The translations under genes and the position numbers were made by a program. DNA of 18,708 nucleotides, taken from NCBI GenBank assembly GCA_000388065.2, contig KB932225.1; one strand, written 5' to 3'. The notes beneath the pieces were generated by a model. It saw only the letters and a program-made list of their open reading frames with translations. It did no database searches and was not told where the DNA came from. Source of the DNA: Fonticula alba ATCC 38817 (Eukaryota; Protista; Nucleariida). Of this stretch, positions 7,439 to 18,708 are shown one piece after another; within the stretch, counting starts at the first letter, position 1; each line of letters begins with the position of its first letter.

Positions 7439-10400
7439 CTAGTGGCTCGTTTGCGCATCCAGAAGATCCAGACGCTCCAAGGGTGCGAAGATCCCGCCCG
7501 ACCCGGGGCCCGGCGCGCCCCGCACGGCCCGCTCATACACAAGCCCCCGAGCAGCCAGCGAGGCAAGAGCGCTTCTGACCAGTGCCCGGGCCAGCCGGGT
7601 CCGCTCGCAGAGATCCTCCAGGGAGAGCTCCTCTGCGCATGAGTGGAGGCACACCGAACCAAGTGGGAGAGTCAGTGACAGGCAGAAGGGCAAGCCTCTG
7701 AGGGGACACTCGAAATGCCAGCAACCACGCACCGGCCTCGGCAAAGCAGCCAAAGATGTTGGCGTCATTGAATGACAAGGGCACACGCTCCAGGACCCGG
7801 TCTTCGAATTCGACACGCAGCACCACGGCCGCCGATTCGCCCACCGGGGCGTCCGGCAGCGGAGACCGGACCACCGCCCCGCCGGTCACCGCCACAGCCG
7901 GGATGGGCTGCTCATGGTCGCCAAGCCACCGGAGCCGACGCTGCTGGCCAGCCAGAGCAAAGAAAGCACGCTCAATCGGCTCCAAAGCCCTGAGCCACAG
8001 GTGTTAGGAGAATGCATCGCCAAGGGACTGAAATGCAGGACAGGGTTGTGTGTGGGGGGGGGGACAAGCAGCGCACTCTCGTAGCGGGCGGCAGAGGAGC
8101 ATCTCTCCGGCAAAAAGCTCGTCGAGGTCATCCTCCTCTTCCTCCTCGGAGCCGCTGTCGGCAAAGGGATCCACATAGTCCATGGGGGGTGCCATCGAGC
8201 CGGCCGCGCTTGGCCGAGGAAGTGTGGTATCCACACGCGACACCCGCCCGGGCCAGAACCGGTGCGAAAGGACCAGCGGCTGGGCGGACACCAGAAGCGG
8301 ACACAGCCCCGCGTGGGTGCGATGAAATGGTCAGTCGGTTGTCGGGCCCGAAAAAAAAAAACACGATCCGCCCGGCGCTCATGGATCGGGCACAAGGGAG
8401 GGGGGCGCACCCGTGAAGTTGCCCACTGCGGGCTCATGGCAGCCAGGCGCTCCCAGACACGCGCCGACTGCCGGGCATCGTGGAGCATGACATGGCACGA
8501 GTGCAGTGCACGCTCGGACAGCGGGATGACCGGCCCCTGGCCAAAGCGTCCCGGGCGCGATCCCGGCGCCGGCGCCCCATGCGATCGCTGGAACCCATAG
8601 ATCAGCCCCCGGAGGTGGTGGTCGAAGTGTGTGGTGCCCGGGAAGTCCGGCGTCCTGGGTCGGACGGGCGGCAGGAGAGATTGCGCCAAAAAGGCTTGGA
8701 CACTGGCCAGTTGGGCCTCGGCGAAGGCAACATCCGTGACCAGTGGTCGGTGGCAGGTGCTCACGCTGGTCGAGCTGGCGGCCTGCACCTCGGCCAGGGT
8801 GTGCGCCAAGGTCAAGCGAACGGCCCGGGCCAGGGTGACCGGGCCGCCGGCCAGCGCCACCGTCCGCCGGACCACATCCCGCAACACCTCCACCAAACCC
8901 GGGCACCGGAGGAAATCCCCGGCCAGGGTGTCGATCCCACCATCGGGCATCATGCCGCCAGTGGGCCGGGTCGCGGCGGCAAGGAGATGCTCGGCCAGCC
9001 GGGCCGGCCCGGCGGCAGCTGGGACGCCTGGAGGTCGGACACTCGGACCCGGCGCCGGCGGTGGGCAGCCCCCGAGGGCCACCTCGGCCAACTGACGCTC
9101 GACCACCGCCAACATGACGGGCGATTGGTGGTCCTCGGCCCAGAAGTCCTCATCGCTGTCGGAGTTGTCGTCGCCCTGCGGCCGACCGGAAAAGGCCCCA
9201 ATCCGAGCAGGCAACGGAAGGTCGACACTCGCGCAGCCAAGCACCCCGGCGGCCACCGGACCGGGGCCAGGGCCAGCAGGACCGGCCGCCGGTGCATCGG
9301 CCTCTGCCATGCCCAACACCGAGGGCGACAGCGCCTCGAGGGCCAGGCTGAGGAAGGCGCTGAAGGCCTGCTCATCCAGGGCACTGGGTGCACTGGCCGC
9401 CAGGAAGAGCCGGCCAAGGTGCCGGGTGGCGGTGGGGTCGCCGGCGCGAACACCGTGCTCCACATGGCGAAGTAGCTCCCCCGCCAGGAGCATCGGCGCT
9501 GGGCCGAGTTCCGGGCGTGGGGTTTTGGCCGCCAAGAGGCCCGGCAGGGGGGCAGCCGACGCGGCCCCGGCCCCCCCGGGCCCGGGATTCGGACTGAGCG
9601 ACTGCTCGCGGGCCCACAGCCACCCGGCATCGATGACGGCCCGCTGGAGGGGCCGATCAACCGCGGCCACGAGAGCCGTGGTGACAGCCATGGCGGTCAG
9701 CTGAAAAGACCGCGGATCCAGAGCATTGTCCAGCCGGAAGGTGCCGGGCGCTTGAGCGAAGGGCCCGGTCCGGAAGGATCGCAGCAGGAGCGCCGCCGCG
9801 CTGGCCGGAGCCCCGGCGTCTGTCGGCAGGAAGACCGGCTGCAGGAGGGCCACCGCCCAGGTCAGGTGAACGGCTCGGACGTGGGTTTCCATCAATGCAC
9901 GGGCCGATTCCACCGGCACTTCCATCAAATGGGAGATGCTGCGAGTTTGATCAGTCATCGGGCTTTGGGAGGCGGGGCGAGGAAGTGGGTGGCCCACAAA
10001 AGGGGCATCCCCCAAGCACGCACCTATCGCCCAGCGCCACGGCACACAGGGCCGCGGCTCGGCGACACGCCTCAAACCACAGGGTACACCAGGTGTCTGG
10101 CGAAATGGCAGCCGGGATGGCCGACCGGAGGAAGCCCATCGCCCGGCAGGCATCCGCATGCGACGTGGATGACAACCCCTCAAAAGTGGCGCTGGGAGCA
10201 TGGCACAGCCGGCCGAGGGCCACCTCGGCCGCGGCGATGTCCAGCAGTGCCCGTCGGACTGAGGCGCACGGCCACCGTCGACTCAGCTCAAGGATGCGGT
10301 CCAAGCTGCACGCGCCATTTCCCCATCATGCAAAGAGGCCGTCAGCAAAAACTGCACGATGTCTCGGTGTGTAAGAAGACCGGCAGGCGGAGGCACGCAC

Positions 10401-12453
10401 AAGTGATCTTGAAAGGTGGCCCACGCATGTGCCGCTAGTCGGAAGGACAAGCAACTGACCCGGGTGAAGTCTATGTGCGCCAAATGCCACCGTGAGGGGG
10501 AGGCCGGGGAAATGGGGCGGCAGATCAGCATCCGCCCAGGGGGCGAGCGAGGGGAGAAGCAAAAGACTCGGGCCGGCTTTCGCGCCGGTCGACGCACATG
10601 GCGAAGTGATGCCACCCTCACTGGCAATGACCGACAGGAAGAGGGCGGCATCTGTCAGGCTGGCCGGCGGTAGGTCCCCAAAGAGAAGCAGTTCCTCCAG
10701 CCAGAGGCTCAGCGGGCCACCCAGCCAGTCCGCCAAGGATACCGATGCAGGGAGACCCTGTGGGGAAGGGCCCAGGGCAGTGCTGACCGCATGGCCAACC
10801 ACCTGGCCGACAGCCAGCTCGGCCACGCCGTGAACAATACTGGCGTATTCATCAGGCGGTGAGACACATGGACAGGGAGAGAAGGAGGGGGAGAGAAGCA
10901 TGCAGAATAGCCGATCCCCGGAGGGGAATAATAGGGCGGGGGACACACGCACTTCATCGAGTAACTCAGCATGCCAGACAGCTTCAGGGCCCAGGCGGTG
11001 GCCTGGCGATCAGGCACCGGGACCAGTGCTGCCTCGGTGTGGTCGCCCAGGCGCCGAAGGAGGAAGCGCGCGAGACACACCCAGATGGGGTCGCCCCCGG
11101 GGGCGGCATGTCCCAGGAGGACGGTGCGCAGGAGGCGCTCCCTGGCAGCCGCCTGCTCCGCGACCAGGGTCGCCAGTAGGAGATCACACTGGCGCAGAGG
11201 CGGCCATAGACCGGCGGGGGCCGCCAGGTCGCCATCGGACGAGCCTGCCTTCAGGGCCTCATCGCTGGGGTCCTCTTCGGGGCTGTCATGGCCGGGGTCC
11301 TCATCATCGCTGTCTGGCAGGGCATCCTCCTGCTGCATGTCCAGGATGCATGCGCGCGCCCGGGCGATGAGAGCCGCCAGCGGGCCGTAGATGGCCTGCT
11401 GCAGGGCACCATAGCGCCGGATCAGGTCTGCCACTTCCAAGAGAAACGGCGTGTCAGGGTCCGGAGGGGCGCCCAAAACCAGGGCAGCGGGAACACCACT
11501 GGCGGCCCCGACGCGGTCGAGGGCAAGCGCAGCGGCTTGTGACACGCCGGCGCCGGCGCCGACGATGTCAGCCATCGAGCCGCTGGACAACTCGTCCAGC
11601 CACTCTCCAGGGGCTCGGTGGCGTGTGCCCGACAGGAGGTCCAGCAGCCACTCTGGCGGGGTGTCTTGAAGGACTGCCCGGATGCCATCCACCTCGAGCG
11701 GCTGCTCGATCGGACTGGCCACCACCCGCGGCAAAACTGCCCCCTGCAACAGGAGATCCAGCGTGGCTGAGCAAAGAACCACAGGGTGATCGTTAGTCAG
11801 GCCAGGCACCGGGCTTGCTGCTTGAAAAAGTGGGAGGACGCACACTTGGCCACGGCCGTCCACCGACCAAGGGTCAGGAGGTAATCCGCGAAGACGGCCG
11901 CCGGCTCGCCGAAGCCCGGCGCGGCCGCTTCCGATAGGGTTGCATGCCACCGCTCGGTGAGGTGATCTGTGAGCACGTGCGACGGGTGTGTGTGTGTGTG
12001 TGTGTGTGGTTTTGTGTGACAGTTTCAGAGGCAGATGTGTCAGAGCTCAACAGGGCAAGAAGATGGCAACCATATGTGTGCATCTGCAATGGGTGTCGGC
12101 GCGTGTAGACGGGCCGACGTGTGTCTCAGCACGCCGGGAGACGCGAGACCCGCCGTACCGAGGGAATGCTTCTCGACCAACGAGGGCACGGGGAGGTAGG
12201 CATCAGGCTGGCCACATGGAAGGGCCGTCGATTGCCAGGCAGCGCGCGACGGGTCATACAGGGCCACCAGGTGCCCGAGATCTGCCGGGGTGGTGGTCTG
12301 AAGGTGCTGTGCCAGGACGCCCAGGAGCTGCTCGGCCACCACGGCCGCATGCCCGGCCGACAGGGCACTCTCCGCGCCGAAAGGCGCCACCGGCCCGGTG
12401 TCTACGCCGTAGCGGGGGGACGAGCCCCACGCGCGTGCATCGACCGAAAACAT
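7439..12453 (-). CDS. ANAPC2: Divergent anaphase-promoting complex subunit 2-like (cullin-homology) protein, spliced, about 1315 aa
   Basis: Phase-consistent exons 12453-12159, 11966-11844, 11766-10953, 10839-10598, 10434 (or 10470)-10401, 10305-10048, 9938-8411, 8279-8077, 7989-7733, 7632-7439. Motifs appear in APC2 order as I recall human ANAPC2: RRWPCASVRRALLDI (RDFPDSRPAIEDL), RFGQG..LHSCHVMLHDARQSARV (RFGEAPMHFCEVMLKDMADSRRI), VLSHRFWP (ILSSEFWP), RRLRW..VVLRVEFEDRVL (RTLSW..VTMDVELADRTL), LSLEDLCERTRLARALVRSALASLAARGLV (WTLEELSKAVKMPVALLRRRMSVWLQQGVL). The gene model is more certain than the name. Confidence 0.7.
11986..12008. repeat. (GT)11 microsatellite in intron 1 of the APC2-like gene
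   Basis: Direct read. Confidence 0.95.
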
Positions 12454-12852
12454 GCCAGGCGACGGGCCAAGGCGCAAACAAAGCAGGGAGTTGGAATCAA
12501 ACGGGCCGAAGGTGACAATAAGGGCGGAGAAGGAGGAAATACAGTGCCGGCTTGCTCGAGGAGCGGCGTGGGTCGCCTCCTCTCAACGGCCGCCCCTGTG
12601 CGCGATCTAGCAACACCTTGGCCATCCAGCCACAACCAGCCGGGGGGGGGTGGGGGGAAATATTTCAGAAACCCAGGAAAAAGCTCCTGCCAACGGACGG
12701 CGCTAACTGTCTGCGCCCCTTCGCGGGCGCCAGAGGGGGGAGAGAGGACGGAAGGGGGGGGGTCGTGTGTATTTTTTTTTTTTTTTTGCAGGCGCGCAGG
12801 CAACGCGAGCAAAGGAAGCAGATGAAAGAAGACACAACTCCGAGCTCCGCGG

Positions 12853-15800
12853 TCAGCCGGAGGAACCGGACGGCGGAGCCCCGGCCGAGCCCGATGCGCC
12901 AGCCGCGCCGCTCTGATCGTTGAGCTTAAAGAGACTGCGCAGACCAGGGGTGGCCGAGATGTCCGGCAGGGCGAAGGTGTCTCGGTCAAAGGTGAACCGC
13001 GAGTACCGCGATGTGGTGGACGACGGCTCCTCAGCTGGGGGGGTCAAGTGTTTGTCGGCAAAAAAAAAAAGGGGGGAGGGACAGCGGGCGGCCAGTGGGG
13101 GGGGGGGGACAGAGAGGAAGCCGGGCGAAACAAAAAATCAGCGGAGACGCACAGGCTGGAGGAGCGGAAGCCGAGGCTCCGGCGGCGGCGGCCGGGGCGC
13201 CACCCGAGCCGGCGGCGGGAGTCCCCGAGCCGGTGGCCGCCGGTGTGGCCGGAGTGCCAGACCCCGGACGCACGGGCCCCTTGGCCCCGGACTCGGCCTG
13301 CGCTGAGGCGCCAGACCCGGAGGAGGCCGACGACGAGGCGGATGCCGAGGCCGGAGGTGGAGCCGGTGTACTTGTGGCGCCGCCAGCAGTGGTGGCGGAA
13401 GTGGCAGCACCAGAAGCAGCACCGCCAGTGCTGGCTGCTCCGGACCCGGCGCCCGACCCGAAGGTGGAGGTGATGCCGAGTGTGGGCGAGAGGGAAGTCG
13501 GCAAACCGACGCCCGTGACCGACAGCGAGGGCAGCGATGAGAGCAACGACGTGGGCAGCAGATTGCCCGTCAGTCGAGAGCTGAGACCGGCGCCGGTGGC
13601 AGCGCCGGCCGCCGGCGCCGTGCCGCCTCGCTCGCCGGACGGCGTGTCCGGCAGCCGGCGGTTGAAGATATCCAACAGTGCCTGGACCTCGCGCGCGCGA
13701 GTGGACAGCCCCTTGATTTCGACGATCTGTGTGAAGCGCGACACGTCGGTGTCCGCGTACAGGATCAAGTAGTTGTCCACGAAGGCGTCATGCGGCTCGA
13801 TCGGCAGGCGGACCATCTTCAACAGGACCTCGGCCTTGGAGAAGCCGGTGTTCAGCATCTTGGTGTATCTGCGCGCAGTAGATGTGGCCGGGCAGGGGGA
13901 TGGGGCAATGGTCAGCCATGGGCAGGGGGAATACGATGAACGAGATAAAGGGAGAGAGGTGGCCTGATATGGATGAAAAGGAAACCAGGCAAGGCAGCGG
14001 CGTCGGTGAAACGCACGAAGTAGGAATTTTAATCATGGTAGCGTCCGACCCGGAATGGGTCACGGCCTTGGCAAAACCGAAGTCCTGGTCGCTGTAAGAG
14101 AAGGCCGAGGTGGGCGAAGCAGACACGAAGTTGGGGAACTCGCGAAGGCGAATCTTCAGCGAAGCCACGTCCACGAGCATCTGCTCGGCGCCCACATCGC
14201 TGATGGGCCGGCAACGATAGATCGTGTCGTGGAAGCGAGCCGTGAAGGATCTTTTGCGGCGCGCGCATGGGTGTGTAAGTGAGCGAGTGAGCGAGTGAGC
14301 GAGTGAGTGAGTGAGTGAGTGAGTGAGTGAGTGAGTGAGTGAGTGAGTGAGTGAGTGAGTGAGTGAGTGAGGGGTGAGGGGTGAGGGGTGAGGGGTGAGG
14401 GGTGAGGGAAGAAGGGAGTAGGAGCCAGGCAGAGGGAGAGAGAGAAAGCGGAACCCCTCCAAGGACGAAGGAAAGGTCACGGAGGAAGACGCACTCGGCA
14501 AACTTGTGGAAGAACCGTCGGTAATACTTCTGAGCCATGGTGTGCTGGCGAACCATTTGCACTCGCTCGCTGAGGATGTTGATGAGGTGACCAACATAAG
14601 CATGCTCGTCACCGGTCACCTAGAGGAACGTGGGGCCAGGCCGAGGAACAAGGGCAAACAGATAACGAGTAAATATCGACGACACCCGGTGAGGGAGGCA
14701 GGAGGTCGCATAAAAAGGAAAGGGAGGAACCAGGGGGCGCGTGCTCCCGAGCATGTCCGCACCTCGAGCTGGTCCCAGCGAATGGAGGTCATCTCCACGA
14801 AAGCCGGGTCGCAGGCGGCAATCATGTTCTCCACCAACTGCGCCTCACACGCTGCAAGAAGCCTGGGTAAAGGGAAGGAGAGAGGGTGGAAAGCGAGTGC
14901 CAAAGACATGGGAAGTCAGCGTAAGCCAAAACCCAAACAGGGAGCAGGGTGGGCGGGGAAGGACGGGGGGGGGGGGGGGGGACCACAGGAAGCGTACTTC
15001 TGGAAGACGTTGCTTTTGAGGACCGAGAAGGACATCTTCTCCTTCAGAGTCGTGTGAATGGACTTCTTCAGCAGCTTCTCGAGCTGGGGAAATGCGGCGG
15101 AAGAGGCCGAAAAGTCAGTGTTGGCCAATATGCGGGGAACAAACAAGCGGCGGAAAGCGAGGGGGGGGGGGGGGGGGGGGAGTGGTAAGACCCCAGGTAC
15201 TGGGCAGGTGCGCACTTGGATCGAGGTATCGTGGCAGTAGTCTGCCGTGTTGAGGATCATTGCCAGAGTCCGGAAGGAGGCCGGGTTGAGGTGGGCCTGC
15301 GAGGGGCGTTGGACGGGGCCCACGCCGGCGACGCTGTGTCAGGGAGCACCGAGTCAAAGTCGGCATGCAGGCATGGATACATGGGAAAACAGGGTGGCCA
15401 GAGTTGTCAGAGGATGTCAGTGTCTCTGGCGCCGGAGATGAGTGGGGCGCAGGAGGGAGAGAGAGAGAGAGGGAGAGAGAGAGAGAAGTCTCTGTCCCCT
15501 GCCATCCAAATGGCCAAAGCGGACAACACGTACGCCATGCGCGACTGGGTGGCCTTGGCCGGGACGGGGACGCCCTCGCGCAGCCACTGGGCATACTCCT
15601 CCAGGAAGGAATCGAAGGACTTGGCCAGACTCAGCAAAGTCTGCCGGTTGCTGAGCTTCACGCAGCGGTTGAGCGACATCTTGAAGAGAGAGAACAGTCC
15701 GGAGGCTGAGGACAGAACCTGCAGACGCAGGCTCGGCTGATTGGATCCCTGCGCGGGGGCCGGCACCAGGGGCGAGCTCTTGCATTGGGACAGATACCGG

Positions 15801-16939
15801 CGGAACTCCCTAGCACCGTGCGGTGTGCCCCGTCCCACCGAGGGCGAGGGGGGAGAGATTATGGGTGGTCAGTATCTCGAGAGGAGGACACGGAGAGAGA
15901 GAGAGAGAGAGAGGGAGGGAGAGAGGGAGGGAGAGATAACAGGAGAGGAGGACAGGAAAAAGGCCACATCTCCCGCCGCGTAGGGACGCACTTCTCCTCC
16001 GCCTTGATGTACAGATGCATGTACGGCTCGAAGCACTGGGAGATGAGCCCAGTGAACTCATTGGCGTCATCCTTGGCGGAGGTCGCCGCGTCGCGGTCCT
16101 TGCGCCCGGCGGAGCGCGACTTGGCTGGCGAAGAGCCACCCTCCGGCGCGTCGGCGTCCGAATCGTCGGACATCTCGGCCCCGGACTCGCCATCCGTGGC
16201 CGGATCCTCATCCTCGGACGGATCCTCGGCCATGGCAGCTGCGCCGCCATCGGCCGACTTGAACAGCCGGTTGAGAGCCCCTTCAAACTCGACGGTCCGC
16301 TGGAGCGACTGCAGCAGGGCTGTCACTTCCAGGTCGTCCATCATCTTCAAGACCGACTCGAGGTCGCGCCTATGTGTCGGCGGGGAGAGGATGAAGGGTC
16401 CAGGGTGGTGGGTGAAGGATGGAGAGTGGAGGATGAATGGTCCAGGATGGATGATGAAGGATGAGGAGAGACCAGAGGAGAGACCAGAGGAGAGACCAGA
16501 GGAGAGACCAGAGGAGAGACCAGAGGAGAGACCAAAGAAAACAGGGCACAAAGTCAGGACACGCCATCAACAACGCCGCATGGACACCGGGCCGAACCCC
16601 GGTGTAGGAAACATAGAACGGACCGGGTGACGATGCAGAACTCCTTGCAAAAGGCCTTGACGACGTTCCAGTCCGCAGGGAAGATGCTGTTGATGTTGGC
16701 CGAGCGCGAGGCCACCGCTCGGCGGAGCCACAGGTACCGCCGGGACACGTTGGCAAGCGAGCCATTTTCCGTGCCGAAGTACTCGCGCTTGTAATGGCGC
16801 AACTGCAACTCACAATACGACTGAATGATGGACTTCCTGCGAGTGGGCACACCAGCAGGGGATAGAACGCCAGGGGAAGCAGCGTGAATAAGAAGCGAAG
16901 CGCCGCCGGATATGACGGAAGAAGGAGACGCAAAGGACG

Positions 16940-16979
<40 letters not shown>

Positions 16980-18661
16980 TAGGCAAGGGGGAGATAACTT
17001 TGCGAGAGTCGAAACACGCACTTGACATCGGCATCCAGGAGCGACGCCACATCGCAAGCGCTCTTGAGCATGGCCACATCGGCAGTCGGCTGGCCCTGCT
17101 CGTTGAAGCTGATGGTGGAAAGGTGGACGGGCCAGGAGAGAAGGAGATAGAAAGAAAGAAAGAAAGAGCCATCAGAATGAGCTGGGGACGAGGAAGAGAG
17201 GAGAAAAGAGAAAGCCGCAAAGGCAAACACACACCCTCGGCTCAGGTCATCGCGGATGTACCGGCCCAGGTCACTCTGGGCAATGGCCGCCACATCGACA
17301 CAGTTGACCACCACTCGCACATGACGATACGGCTTGAACAATGCCACCAGCTGTCGGACACCGGCCAGCACGCTGGTGACCTCCTGGTAGTCGCGCCGCT
17401 GGGTGGCCGTGCGGAGCTTCTCCACCGAGGCCGACAGGAGGGACAGGCGCCGCAAGGCTCCGACCGCCTGGGTGAGGTTCCGCCGGGCCGAGTCGAAGCG
17501 ACGCACGTCGCCGGTGATGGCCCCGACCAGGTCGTCGGACGCGGCTGCCGCCTTCTTGATGGAGTCGATGCGCTGAGTGAGCTCCTGCAAGGAGTGAAAG
17601 CCAAATGCACATGACACCCCGGTGGCGAGTGGCAGACGAGGAGGAAGAGAAGGCGAAGGAAGAAGAGCAAGAGGATGAGGATCGTCAGCAGGCGCCCAAC
17701 CAGGCAGAGAGATGCAAGAGGAGCATGTCAAGGGCGGAAGGAGAACGGGTACGGACAATGATGGACTGCCGGGCGGCCTCGAGCTCGCGCTTGCCCGCCT
17801 CGCCGGCGTCCGTCTGACTGCGGACCACCTCGCGGATCTCCGAGTCCAGGCGGTTCACCTGGAACTGCAGATCAGTCAAGACCTTGTCCACCTTGTTGCT
17901 GAGTGCCTCCTCTGGATCCGGGAGGAGGGGGCAGCGAGGGCCGAGCAACATCCGTTCACGCACGCACATACACACACACAAACACACACCAACACGCATG
18001 AGAAAGAGAGAAGAGGGGCGGATGGAGACAGACCGAAAGTCAGTGGCTATGGCAAGGGGAACGGGCGTGGGAGAAGGGAGGAGAGAGAGAGAGAGAGCGG
18101 AAGAGAGAAAGACCACGCACCGTTCGGGAAAACCCGGTTGATGTAGATCCGCGGGGAGAAGTCCGGCAAGTCGAAGGGATCTTGGGGCTCGGCCGCCTCG
18201 GCCGGAGCGCCACCCGCGGCGCCCTTGTCCCCCCCGGCCCCGGTGGGGTTTGAGGGGTTGCCCCCGGGCCGGATGTTGGCCAGAAGCGGCGAACGCCCTG
18301 GGCCGGAAGAGTGCAGTGAGGGGAAGCTCAGCCAGCTGGTCGGAGAGGAGGTGGACGAAGGGGACCCGGCCGACAGCGGCGAGGCCGTCAGCGATGAGGA
18401 CACCGAGGACGAGGAGAAGCTCGTGCGCTTGGGCCCGGTGCCGCTGCCGCCGCCGCCGCCGCCGCCGCCGCCGCTGCCAGCGGCAGCCATCTGCGGGGAG
18501 TCCTTGGAGTCTGTCGCGGGGGACATGCCAGCAGACGCGGCAAACTCCGCATCGCGGCTCGCGTGAAAGGGGCTATCCTCGGTGGGGGCGCCAAGGACTT
18601 TGAAGATGCTCCGGTCTCCCCGGCCCTTGGCGGGCGAGGCAGCAGAGTCCGGGCCAGACAT
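12853..18661 (-). CDS. VPS53: Vacuolar protein sorting 53 (GARP/EARP tethering complex subunit), spliced, 1186 aa
   Basis: 14 phase-consistent GT-AG exons: 18661-18121, 17911-17757, 17584-17235, 17108-17022, 16836-16624, 16369-15992, 15809-15534, 15333-15216, 15083-14998, 14862-14763, 14619-14495, 14250-14017, 13868-13153, 13034-12853 (3561 nt). Vps53 motifs: DPFDLPDFSPRIYINRVFP, ITGDVRRFDSARRNLT, SRRYLWLRR..FPADWNV..EFCIVTR, ILNTADYC, AACDPAF, CRPISDVGAEQMLVD, FVDNYLIL..FTQIVEIKGL. Confidence 0.96.
14281..14408. repeat. Compound microsatellite (GAGCGAGT)n-(GAGT)17-(GAGGGGT)5 in a VPS53 intron
   Basis: Direct read; it generates the spurious THSL/HPSPL repeats in the ORF track. Confidence 0.95.
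15457..15486. repeat. Interrupted (GA)n microsatellite, VPS53 intron
   Basis: Direct read. Confidence 0.9.
15893..15936. repeat. Interrupted (GA)n/(GGGA)n tract, VPS53 intron
   Basis: Direct read. Confidence 0.85.
16463..16534. repeat. 12-bp minisatellite (GAGGAGAGACCA)6, VPS53 intron
   Basis: Six exact units counted. Confidence 0.95.
16942..16975. repeat. (GA)17 microsatellite, VPS53 intron
   Basis: Direct read. Confidence 0.95.
18446..18472. repeat. (GCC)9 coding triplet repeat (poly-Gly in the VPS53 N-terminal extension)
   Basis: Encodes the G9 run in [13 protein letters not shown] on the minus strand. Confidence 0.9.
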
Positions 18662-18708
18662 CGGGCGGACGAAGAGGCAGGGGGGAGAGGGGAAGGGGAG
18701 GGAGACCG

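Noticed and set aside
8480-9475. Plus-strand ORFs of 331 aa and others overlapping the minus-strand genes (also 13011-13772, 15785-16630)
   Set aside because: Antisense shadows of GC3-rich exons or of intronic repeats.
7056-12855. Non-standard TAR-to-Gln or TGA-recoded genetic code
   Set aside because: CHMP1 ends at TAG at the expected C-terminus, VPS53 ends at TGA, and no in-frame stops interrupt conserved exons.
3762-18661. Functional cluster of endosomal genes (ESCRT-III CHMP1 plus GARP VPS53)
   Set aside because: They lie on opposite strands with an unrelated gene between them and share no visible regulatory element; adjacency is expected by chance in a compact genome.

Overview
GC-rich, intron-dense eukaryotic (protist-like) genomic DNA in the standard code; TAG and TGA act as stops and AGC sits at conserved Ser positions. 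I rebuilt three spliced genes by hand with consistent intron phases: ESCRT-III CHMP1/Did2 (+, 3762-7058, 5 exons, 212 aa), a very divergent APC2-like cullin-homology protein that seems to lack its C-terminal winged-helix domain (-, 12453-7439, 10 exons, about 1315 aa), and VPS53 (-, 18661-12853, 14 exons, 1186 aa). CHMP1 intron 3 is 2281 nt, whereas all other introns are 77-254 nt. It holds two identical, convergent tRNA-Ser(GCT) genes with an unusual A73 discriminator, plus a chain of cryptic exons that can splice in frame onto CHMP1 exon 4. It also starts next to an N-gap and is bounded by poly-C runs, so it may be a mis-scaffolded block. The first 2.5 kb is unresolved and contains an Illumina adapter between two copies of a 194-bp duplication. 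Family assignments come from remembered reference sequences, not database searches. Most other ORFs in the supplied track are GC-driven shadow frames.
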